From the NCBI GenBank assembly GCA_014379925.1, contig JACMKY010000379.1, positions 1 to 40,003 on the forward strand: a DNA stretch of 40,003 nucleotides, in the 5' to 3' direction. Position 1 is the stretch's first letter. Every line of letters starts with the position of its first letter. Positions 27,637 to 35,725 of this stretch are shown here, piece after piece. Both the position numbers and the translations under genes were made by a program. Origin of the DNA: Cytophagales bacterium (GTDB lineage: Bacteria; Bacteroidota; Bacteroidia; Cytophagales; ES-bin-26). A model generated the notes under the pieces. It worked only from the letters and a program-made list of their open reading frames with translations. It did no database searches and was not told where the DNA came from.

Positions 27637-30600
27637 TTATTTGGTAAGGCGAATCTTGTTGAAATATTTATCAACTTCTTTTTTATAATAAGGAGACAAG
27701 GACGGTGGAACCGTTTTGAGAAGCTCAATCTGCTTTTGTTTGGTGAGAATATACTCCTCGAATTGGGGCGGGGCTACCTTCTGTTTTTCCTTGGCCGCTT
27801 CCGCTTTCCGCTTATCGTCTTCGTCCCGCTCACGCAACGCTTTTTCCGATTCCAGCAGCCGGGTAAGAATGTCCCGCTGCCGGTTGATCATATTCTGAGT
27901 CAACTTTTTGTTCACCAATTCTTTTTCCGTTTCTTCCATTTGTTTGGCCAATTCTTTGACCTGATCACCCATCCCCTCCGTACCCGGTTTTCCCTTCTGG
28001 GCGTTTTCTAACTCTTTCAACGCTTTTCGAATCATTTCCTGTTCCATCGCCAAGCGTGATAGCTCTTCGGATAATTGACGACCGGCTTTGTTGCCTTGTT
28101 GCAACTGCTGAATTTGCTCGTTCAATTTCTTCTGTAGCTCGCCGAGCCCCGGAGATTGGGGCTTTCCTTTCTTCTTGCTTTTTCCGCTCGAAGGCTGGGC
28201 GTTGGCCATCTGCTCCTGCATTTGCTTGAGTACGTCGTTCAACATTAACGCCAGGTTGTTGAGGGAAGTCATCGTAAATTGCTGCTTTCCCGTGGCCGTA
28301 TTGATGCGACGCTGCTTGATGGCTTCCACACTTTGGTCCATGTACTGGTTCATTGCACCAACCTCCCGCGTAACGAAAGATTCAATCTGAAAGACGCGCT
28401 TGGCCAAGGCATTTAAACTGTCTTCTACGATTTTGGCGTCATCTTTCAGTTTAAGCTGCTGTTGTGAAAGCTTGATGAATCTAGGGTCGGATTGGCTTAC
28501 CTCCCGAAAATCCTTCATCAACTTTTCCTGGTCGAATGAAAGAGTCAGTAAATTTTCAAGAATATCGCGCAGGTCATCCATGTTTTCCTGCATCTGCTGC
28601 ATTTCTTCGCCTGCTTGCATCTCACTTAGCTTGTCAGCCATCTCATTCATCTTTTTTGCCGCCTTCTTCTGAGAGTCGGAAGCCTTGCGATTCTGTTTTT
28701 GTTGCAACTGCTCCAGGCTTTTCTGCTGTTCCTCCGAAATATCTTCTTGCTGCTCTTGCGTATCGCCCATCTCCTGGGGATTTTCCAACTCTTCGTTCAT
28801 CTTTTCCAGTTCTTTCAATTCCTCCTTGGTTTGTTCAAACTCCTCGTTCAACTTCTGTTGCTGATCCTCCAAGGCCGGCTTGTCCTGGTTCTTGTCGAGT
28901 GACTTCTCCGAAAGTTCCTGCTGTTTTTTGGCTTCTTCTTTCAAGTCCTGGGCAATATCTTCCGCTTTTTGATCAAGCTGTAGTTGTTTGAACATCTCCA
29001 AGGCGCGTTCCAACTCCTTCTTCAGGTTGTTTTCCTTTTTGTCGATCTTATCGAGGAGATCCAAAACATCCGCGTTGGTACGGTTCTGCTCGAGCAACTT
29101 CTGCAATTCCTCATAGAGCTTCTTGGTTTCTTCATCGAGCAACTCGTTCATCAGCTTGTTGAGTTGCTCGGCTTTTTCCGCTAGCTCCTGGCTTTGCTCG
29201 TTGAATTTTTGCTGTTTCTCTTGAATCGACTCGCTTTCCTTCCGAATGGATTCAATTTCTTTCATTAGTTCCTCCCTTTTCTTCAACAGGTCTTCTGCCA
29301 GCTTCTTGTCCTGGAAGTCCATGGATTTCTTGTTCTTGAGCCGGTTCTCCAAGCTTTTCATATCCTTCTTGAGCTTCTGAACTTCATTGATGGTACTGCT
29401 CAACCGGCTCTCCGTTTTCTCGGCCGAACTTTTCAGGGCGTTTTCCATCTCCTGTTCGGAAGGAATGTTGAATTCCATCGGTTGGGTTTTGGCGCTCTTG
29501 CTTCCGTTTACGCCGTCATTGTCCCACACTTGAACGTAGTACTGGAGTTTGTCCCCTGCTTTCAGGGACAAGCTGTCTAGCCTTAGCTGATGGTAAAAGT
29601 TTTGAATGGGCTGTTTGCGATCGAATGCCAGGTTCTTGGTTGCGTAAGAAGGGGGCTTGCTTCCTTCGCGTACCGCCCGGTAGAAGACCTTGAGTTGGGA
29701 AATGCCGTAGTCATCCATTACATTTCCTCCCAACACCAAATAGTTAAAAAGCGCAGTGTCTTGGTAATGTTCCAAAGAAACCTGCGGAAACTTGTCGGGG
29801 ACGACGCTCACGTAATAACTGATTTTGTCACGATTGCGGCTGGCTCGGTTTTTCAAGTGAACTTGATAATTTTCCGACTTCTTCATCCGCTTGCTGAATT
29901 CGAAAGAATTGTTCGGTTTCTTGTCCGCTGCCAATGGGGAGCTCTCTTCAAAGCCGACGAAAAGGCTGTCCGTTCCGCTCGCATTGAATTCCCACCGAAC
30001 CACCGTGCCGTCGGGCACTACCAGGTTGCCCACGTTGGTTAAGGTCTCATCCGTTTTGTTGAGATAAGAAGGATAGGACAAAGAAGCGTTGAAAAATTTG
30101 AGGTTGGGTCGCTCGATCACGTTGACGTTATAGTCGGTTGAGCGGAATCCAGCCGCTTCGAAATAAAAAGAAAAAGCTTTTTGGACCCGACTGAAGCTGT
30201 GGGCAAAACGCTGGGCATCGGCGCTTTCCATGCGGTGTCTCCTACCGTTAGACACCAGGTAAACGGACTCGGGTACTGCTTCGCCCGAAAGCGAAAGCGT
30301 AATTGGAAAGTCTTCGTCTTTGAATGCCGTGAGCGATTGATTGGCCAGTGAAAACCGGAACGGCGCCGGTTCGGCGTATTCATTTTTGAAATTAACGATG
30401 CGAGCCGAACTCTCGGCGAAAAAACGGGGATAGAAAAGCAAAATGGATACGATCAGGACGGCAGGAAAGAAAATATACTTCAGGTACTTGTTGTTTTCCC
30501 GTACATCAATGGCGTCGGTGAAGCGGACTACGCTGAGTTGCTGGGTTTTTTGTTCGATGCTGGCTTGGAGCAATTCACTCTGTTCGTAGCTCAACGCGCT

Positions 30601-30981
30601 CAATTGAAGCGTATTCAGCAATTTGTCGTTGATGCTGGTGAAGTGATTTCCAATTTGACGAGCCGCTTCTTCATTGCTGATCTGTCGCTTGAGGCTGTAT
30701 AACCGGGCGATTGGGTTAATCAGCCAATAAGCCAAGGAAGTGAGTACGATGGAAACAAAAGCAAAAAAAAGAATGGCCCGTACAACGGGATTGAATCGGC
30801 CGAAGTATTCCAGGGTATTGATCAATAGAAAAGCACCCAGCAGAAGGGCCAGAAAGAAAATAGAACCCCGGAGCAGCTGGTTGCCGTAGTATTTCTTTTT
30901 ATACGTGTGCAACTTCTCAAACAGGGTATTGCGAATCGGCTGGGGAGAAATTGCTCCCGTGGATGAGCGGTTGAGTTCCAT
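27637..30981 (-). CDS. Large membrane-anchored coiled-coil protein (DUF4175-like)
   Basis: Three N-terminal transmembrane segments, a beta-rich middle region (DDYGISQL, VWDNDGVNGSK) and about 600 aa of Q/E/K-rich coiled coil ending in LSPYYKKEVDKYF. Confidence 0.8.
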   Translation of the reverse strand: MELNRSSTGAISPQPIRNTLFEKLHTYKKKYYGNQLLRGSIFFLALLLGAFLLINTLEYFGRFNPVVRAILFFAFVSIVLTSLAYWLINPIARLYSLKRQISNEEAARQIGNHFTSINDKLLNTLQLSALSYEQSELLQASIEQKTQQLSVVRFTDAIDVRENNKYLKYIFFPAVLIVSILLFYPRFFAESSARIVNFKNEYAEPAPFRFSLANQSLTAFKDEDFPITLSLSGEAVPESVYLVSNGRRHRMESADAQRFAHSFSRVQKAFSFYFEAAGFRSTDYNVNVIERPNLKFFNASLSYPSYLNKTDETLTNVGNLVVPDGTVVRWEFNASGTDSLFVGFEESSPLAADKKPNNSFEFSKRMKKSENYQVHLKNRASRNRDKISYYVSVVPDKFPQVSLEHYQDTALFNYLVLGGNVMDDYGISQLKVFYRAVREGSKPPSYATKNLAFDRKQPIQNFYHQLRLDSLSLKAGDKLQYYVQVWDNDGVNGSKSAKTQPMEFNIPSEQEMENALKSSAEKTESRLSSTINEVQKLKKDMKSLENRLKNKKSMDFQDKKLAEDLLKKREELMKEIESIRKESESIQEKQQKFNEQSQELAEKAEQLNKLMNELLDEETKKLYEELQKLLEQNRTNADVLDLLDKIDKKENNLKKELERALEMFKQLQLDQKAEDIAQDLKEEAKKQQELSEKSLDKNQDKPALEDQQQKLNEEFEQTKEELKELEKMNEELENPQEMGDTQEQQEDISEEQQKSLEQLQQKQNRKASDSQKKAAKKMNEMADKLSEMQAGEEMQQMQENMDDLRDILENLLTLSFDQEKLMKDFREVSQSDPRFIKLSQQQLKLKDDAKIVEDSLNALAKRVFQIESFVTREVGAMNQYMDQSVEAIKQRRINTATGKQQFTMTSLNNLALMLNDVLKQMQEQMANAQPSSGKSKKKGKPQSPGLGELQKKLNEQIQQLQQGNKAGRQLSEELSRLAMEQEMIRKALKELENAQKGKPGTEGMGDQVKELAKQMEETEKELVNKKLTQNMINRQRDILTRLLESEKALRERDEDDKRKAEAAKEKQKVAPPQFEEYILTKQKQIELLKTVPPSLSPYYKKEVDKYFNKIRLTK

Positions 30982-31089
30982 ACGGTAAAGAAAATAGGTG
31001 ATTTCTAAGAAAACGATTAGCTTGGTCTCAATCCGTCATCGTTCATTCCACCGGATACAATTATCCGAAAAAACAATTCGGACAATCTT

Positions 31090-32853
31090 TCAAGACCCTT
31101 GTTTGTTCCCGTCGGCGGGTCGCTCCAAGTATACTTCACTCAAATCCCGGTACTGCATCGGGTTATTGGGAAAGTTTTTTACGTACGATTGAATCAACCG
31201 GTATCCTTCGTCGTACCAGAGCACCAAAACGGGGGCATCATTCATTAAAATCTGCTCCGCCTGGATGAAATACCGGTTTGCCTCCTCCACGGATCTGGCA
31301 CTGAGGGCAGCTTCGTATAAACGATCGAACTTGGCATTCTTGTACCGCGCAATGTTTGGATACGATGGGTCATTCAAGGAAGCGGGTACTTGCTTTCCGT
31401 AAAATAACCAAAGAAAGTTTTCCGGGCTGGGATAATCGGCGGACCAGGCGGCGCGAAGCAATTGAAATTTTCCGGCAATGGCCTTGTCAACGGTTTGTGC
31501 CAACGGCTGGACGTTGATGGATACCTCTACGTTTAAGTTGTCTTTCAGTTGCTTTTGCACTTCAATGGCCACGTTGGTATTTCGTGAGCCTTCGGCATTG
31601 AGGTCCAGTACGATTTTGGGAAAGCCCTTCCCGTTGGGAAAGCCCGCCTTCGCCAGGTGGTACCGAGCCGAATCGACGTTCAATTCGTATCCCTTCAGGG
31701 CATTGATATTGTAATCGACGAAACTGGGTGGGGTAATGCCGTGAAAACCGGGGGCAAATCCCTCTCCGTTCAATACATTCTCCAGGATTTTCTGCCGGTC
31801 CACGGCGTAAGAAAACGCCTTGCGCACGTGGGCTTCCTTGAAAACGGATCCTTGGTTGAAAAAGGTCAGAAACTGGGTAATCATTTCGGGAGCGCGTTGC
31901 AATTCAAACTGGCTGTACTCGCCCTTTTCCGAACTTCCTACCTGCTCCAAAATCTCAATGATAAAATCGGTGGGAAGCCGGTATACCATATCCAGTTCCC
32001 CTTTCCTGAATTCGAATAACTCCGTCTTTTTGTCTTTGATGAACTTGATGCTTATGGCATCCAGAAAAGGCAGCCGGTTGCCGAGCGAATCCACCCCGTG
32101 GTAGTTGTCGTGCCGCTTTAAAACGAGAGAAACGTCGTCGTCCACGCTGCTTATGCGGAAGGGACCAGTTCCGACAGTTTTGATCCGCATTTCCTGCCCG
32201 TACTTTTCGTAGGCTTCCCTCGGATAAAGAAACGTAGCCGGACGGGCAAGGTTGTAGATCAGAATGGAATTGGGCTTTTCCAAGGTCAACTGCACAGTAT
32301 ACGCATCGAGTACGTTGATTCCCTCAACCTCGAAGCCAGGTTTACCCCCACCGGCCGTAGCCTCGTAGTAGCGGTCAGCACCCTTCAGAATGCCTTTGAA
32401 AATGGAAAATTGCTGGTTGGAGGCCCGTTGGGTACACAGTTGGGTAAAGCAGTACTTTACGTCTTCCGCTTTCAATTCCCTCCCCTTGCCTTCGGGGAAG
32501 CAGGGATCATCATGAAAGTAAACGCCCTTTTTAATCTTGAACGTATAGACGGTTCGGGATGCATCAACGGTATAATTTTCGGCCAAGCAATTGATTACTT
32601 TCAAGTCGGATTGATTGAACTTGAGCAGGCCCTCGTAAACCTGGGTAGCGACGCGGTAAGAAAAGGCATCGGTGATACTCGGTGGAAAAAGGTTTTTAAT
32701 GTACTCGGATTCGTTAAGACGGAACACCCCCCCGTAAGTGCGGCCGCCTTTGGCTTCCTTAGGCTGCTGCGAAGCTTCCGTACTGGGATTGGAAGGATTA
32801 CAGGCGCTGAAAAATAACAACAGACACGAAATACAGACGGGGAGTCTCTTCAT
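31090..32853 (-). CDS. ABC transporter substrate-binding lipoprotein, family 5 (OppA/DppA-like)
   Basis: Lipobox FSA-C; VYEGLLKF, YTFKIKKGVYFHD, VGTGPF, VRKAFSYAVDR, WSADYPSPENFL. Confidence 0.9.
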   Translation of the reverse strand: MKRLPVCISCLLLFFSACNPSNPSTEASQQPKEAKGGRTYGGVFRLNESEYIKNLFPPSITDAFSYRVATQVYEGLLKFNQSDLKVINCLAENYTVDASRTVYTFKIKKGVYFHDDPCFPEGKGRELKAEDVKYCFTQLCTQRASNQQFSIFKGILKGADRYYEATAGGGKPGFEVEGINVLDAYTVQLTLEKPNSILIYNLARPATFLYPREAYEKYGQEMRIKTVGTGPFRISSVDDDVSLVLKRHDNYHGVDSLGNRLPFLDAISIKFIKDKKTELFEFRKGELDMVYRLPTDFIIEILEQVGSSEKGEYSQFELQRAPEMITQFLTFFNQGSVFKEAHVRKAFSYAVDRQKILENVLNGEGFAPGFHGITPPSFVDYNINALKGYELNVDSARYHLAKAGFPNGKGFPKIVLDLNAEGSRNTNVAIEVQKQLKDNLNVEVSINVQPLAQTVDKAIAGKFQLLRAAWSADYPSPENFLWLFYGKQVPASLNDPSYPNIARYKNAKFDRLYEAALSARSVEEANRYFIQAEQILMNDAPVLVLWYDEGYRLIQSYVKNFPNNPMQYRDLSEVYLERPADGNKQGS

Positions 32854-33055
32854 GGTAAGGATTCAATATTTTTGAGATAAAATTAATCAATATAATCTAC
32901 GAAACAAAGCTGAACCACGACGGGTAATGTTCCAGTTCGGGTGAATCATTTCGGAAAACGCCGAAAACGGATGTTGCCCGGTGCGAATCAATCCTTCCAT
33001 TCAACCCGTTTTGCAACGTAGAAAAGTCGATGAACTTACGCCGTTGGACCGGCCC

Positions 33056-33403
33056 TCAGGCTTCGCGTTGAAAGTACTCGATCACGTAGGTTTTCAGAAG
33101 CGTCTCCTGGCTGAGCAAATCGAAAGGGGGCAGTTTTTTTACCAATTTCCAGTGTGGCCAGCCTTCGCTGTCTAGCCCCTCCAACGCATAGATTCCCGCC
33201 AGACTCAACACTTTGCAAATGGCGATGTGCATCAGGTCTTGCTTCTGCTCCTTGGTAAATTGTTGTTTGCCTCTTCCCAACTCCTGGACCCCAATCAGGA
33301 AAAGCACGCCGTGCAAATCGGCGGGGCGCTTGCCAATGGTTCGCTCCAAACGGTCAAGCAAAGACGTCCATTCCATTTCGGTATTTTCTGGTTCCGCATC
33401 CAT
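33056..33403 (-). CDS. Conserved hypothetical protein (Bacteroidota)
   Basis: 115-aa ORF with DLHGVLFLIGVQELG...FTKEQKQDLMHIAICKVLS...GWPHW, a pattern recalled from Bacteroidota hypotheticals. Confidence 0.8.
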   Translation of the reverse strand: MDAEPENTEMEWTSLLDRLERTIGKRPADLHGVLFLIGVQELGRGKQQFTKEQKQDLMHIAICKVLSLAGIYALEGLDSEGWPHWKLVKKLPPFDLLSQETLLKTYVIEYFQREA

Positions 33404-33492
33404 GGTTTAACTTGGTTAACCTGAAAATAAATCGGGTCGGATTCGGTAGATTGGAACAAGTTAACCAGAACCAACGATTTCTGCCCTGGGGT

Positions 33493-34173
33493 ATGCTGAA
33501 AGATTTCGTATCAATCATTTTTCCGGAGTACTGCCGCGCCTGCCTGGGTCCCCTGGAAAGGAATGAGCCGTACATCTGCACGACGTGTCGCTTCTCACTG
33601 CCCCGAACCAACTCCCACCTCACGGAAATGACCGCATTGACCCACCGGTTCTGGGGGCGCGTACCCATCTGGCACAGCTTGGCCTACCTGAAATTTACCA
33701 AGGGGGGAACCGTGCAACAACTGCTGCACCAACTCAAGTACAACGACCAGCGGGAAATCGGCGAAACGCTGGGCCAATGGTACGGCTTCGAACTGACGGA
33801 GCACGGCTTCGCGGAAAAATTCGACCTGATTCTACCCGTTCCGCTGCACGCATCAAAATTGCGAAAGCGGGGGTACAACCAAAGCGATTGCTTTGCCAAG
33901 GGGCTCTCGGAAGGAATGCGGGTGGCGTGGTCGCCCGACGTGCTGCGGCGGACCGTCGCCACGCCAACCCAAACCAAGAAGAAGCGGCTGGAAAGGTGGC
34001 AAAATGTGGATGCCGTTTTCGAGGTGACAAACGAAGATTTTCTGCGGGGCAAACGCATCTTGCTGGTGGACGACGTGGTGACGACGGGTGCCACGTTGGA
34101 AGCTTGTGCCCAGGAACTCTACCGGGTAGCCTGCGCCGCGGTGAGTATTGCAACCATTGCGGCAACGACCTGA
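33493..34173 (+). CDS. comF: ComF family protein (zinc ribbon plus phosphoribosyltransferase domain)
   Basis: CRAC...CTTC, LKY, PVPLH, RGYNQS, R..NV..VF, LLVDDVVTTGATL. Confidence 0.92.
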   Translation: MLKDFVSIIFPEYCRACLGPLERNEPYICTTCRFSLPRTNSHLTEMTALTHRFWGRVPIWHSLAYLKFTKGGTVQQLLHQLKYNDQREIGETLGQWYGFELTEHGFAEKFDLILPVPLHASKLRKRGYNQSDCFAKGLSEGMRVAWSPDVLRRTVATPTQTKKKRLERWQNVDAVFEVTNEDFLRGKRILLVDDVVTTGATLEACAQELYRVACAAVSIATIAATT

Positions 34174-34231
34174 TTTGGTTTAGAGTCCGGGATTGGCGAT
34201 CAAGCAAGCCGCGTGACCGGGCGGCCCCAAT

Positions 34232-34279
34232 AAAAACTGCCTTCCGGTGCGGGGTTCAAACCCGAGTCCGGAAGGCAAT
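34232..34279 (-). terminator. Probable terminator of gldJ, between convergent comF and gldJ
   Basis: Minus strand TGCCTTCCGG-(20 nt)-CCGGAAGGCA followed by GTTTTT. Confidence 0.6.
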
Positions 34280-34306
34280 TGAATGGGATAACCCATTCCC
34301 GAGGGA

Positions 34307-35515
34307 TTACTTGTTTCCGCCGGCTCTGATCATCGCGCAACGGAAACCGATGGTCGCGGTAGCGGAATCCTGCTCCAGGTACCGCCGGGTGCCGGGCGTT
34401 AACCAGTAGGCTACGTCTTTCCAGGAACCTCCTTTGTAAACCCGCACGTCGTCGTCGATGAGCGAATTGGGGTTGGCCGGGTTCTTGGACTTGTTGTCGT
34501 AACTGGAGGCTTTGTCCAGGTAGCCGTTCCGGCGAATGGGGTTCAAGTCGTCGAAATCCTGGAAGGAAAGGGGCCGGTAAACGTCGTATACCCACTCGTT
34601 TACGTTGCCCGCCATGTTATAAAGACCGAAATCGTTGGGCGGGTAATCGTAGATGCCCGCGGTAATCAACGCCCCGTCGTTCAACTTGCCGGCAATGCCC
34701 GCGTAGTCACCCCGTCCCCGTTTGAAATTGGCCAGGAAAGTGCCCATTTGTTTGCCGTACGGATTCCGCAGCGCGTGACCATCCCAAGGGTACAAGCGCT
34801 GGTTGGTTTGGTTCTCGTCAATGTACTGGGTACCAATGAGGGCTTTGGCCGCGTATTCCCACTCGGCTTCGGAGGGCAAACGGAAGTTGGGCAGCACCGC
34901 TCCGGTTTCCAGGGGGATGCGTCCCTCCCCTTCGGGAATTTCGATGCCCGCGTCTTCGGCCAGTTTCTTGTTCACGGCCAGGGTACGCCAGGTACAGTAG
35001 TCATTGGCCTGCACCCAGGAGATGCCCACCACCGGGAAGAAGCGAAAGCCCGGATACCGCAGGTAATGATCCACGTAGGAATCATTGAACGCCAATTCGC
35101 TGGCCCAGACGTTGGTGTCGGGCAGGGCCGACTGGTAGAATTCTTCGGAGGAATCTTTCTGCACGTGAAAGAGGTATTCCAGCCAGTGGATGTTGGCAAT
35201 TTCCGTTTCATCCATGTAAAAGGACTGGATGCTAATGGTTCTTTCCACGTTGTCACGGGAACTCATCACGTCTTCCTCCAGGGAACCCATCACGAAACGA
35301 CCCCCTTCAATGAAAACCATGTTGGGCGCGTCGGGTTGCCCTTTGAAATCCATTACCTGAAAACCGTCGTCGGCGTTGTATTCCAGACCAGTGGCCGTGC
35401 TGGTAGGACCTGGCTCTTCGGCGGTCGGGTGGCTGCCCTTCTTGCAGGAAGTCGCCAAGGTAACCACACCCAACAAAAGCAGTGCATTCTTAAAGAGTCT
35501 GACCATCTTTTTCAT
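34307..35515 (-). CDS. gldJ: Gliding motility lipoprotein GldJ (FGE-sulfatase / SUMF1 domain)
   Basis: Lipobox ATS-C; STATGLEYN, PNMVFIEGG, FYMDETEIAN, YLRYPGF, RLPSEAEWEYAA, NFKRGRGDYAGIAG, YNMAGNVNEWV, IGFRCAM. Confidence 0.88.
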   Translation of the reverse strand: MKKMVRLFKNALLLLGVVTLATSCKKGSHPTAEEPGPTSTATGLEYNADDGFQVMDFKGQPDAPNMVFIEGGRFVMGSLEEDVMSSRDNVERTISIQSFYMDETEIANIHWLEYLFHVQKDSSEEFYQSALPDTNVWASELAFNDSYVDHYLRYPGFRFFPVVGISWVQANDYCTWRTLAVNKKLAEDAGIEIPEGEGRIPLETGAVLPNFRLPSEAEWEYAAKALIGTQYIDENQTNQRLYPWDGHALRNPYGKQMGTFLANFKRGRGDYAGIAGKLNDGALITAGIYDYPPNDFGLYNMAGNVNEWVYDVYRPLSFQDFDDLNPIRRNGYLDKASSYDNKSKNPANPNSLIDDDVRVYKGGSWKDVAYWLTPGTRRYLEQDSATATIGFRCAMIRAGGNK

Positions 35516-35725
35516 AACCTGTTGGATAATACTGGATACAAGTGGTTTTGGATTGCTGGTTTGCAAAAATTCAACGCTTTCTCTAAACCGGGGTCCAACC
35601 CGCTAAACAAAGGAATTGATTGAGACCTAAAGTTGGGAGAATGGGTCGGAAAAAAGAATCCACAGTCTTTTCAAATTGAATGTATGTACTGTTTTCCGAC
35701 ATTAAGCACCTCGGTTGCCCGGCGC

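Noticed and set aside
17500-33400. Lower-GC block as a genomic island or prophage
   Set aside because: It has no integrase, transposase, phage genes or flanking direct repeats, and it contains core genes such as mnmG and ybeY.
34248-34267. GGGGTTCAAACCCG, resembling a tRNA T-arm
   Set aside because: No acceptor stem, D-arm or anticodon arm can be built around it; it is the loop of a terminator-like hairpin.
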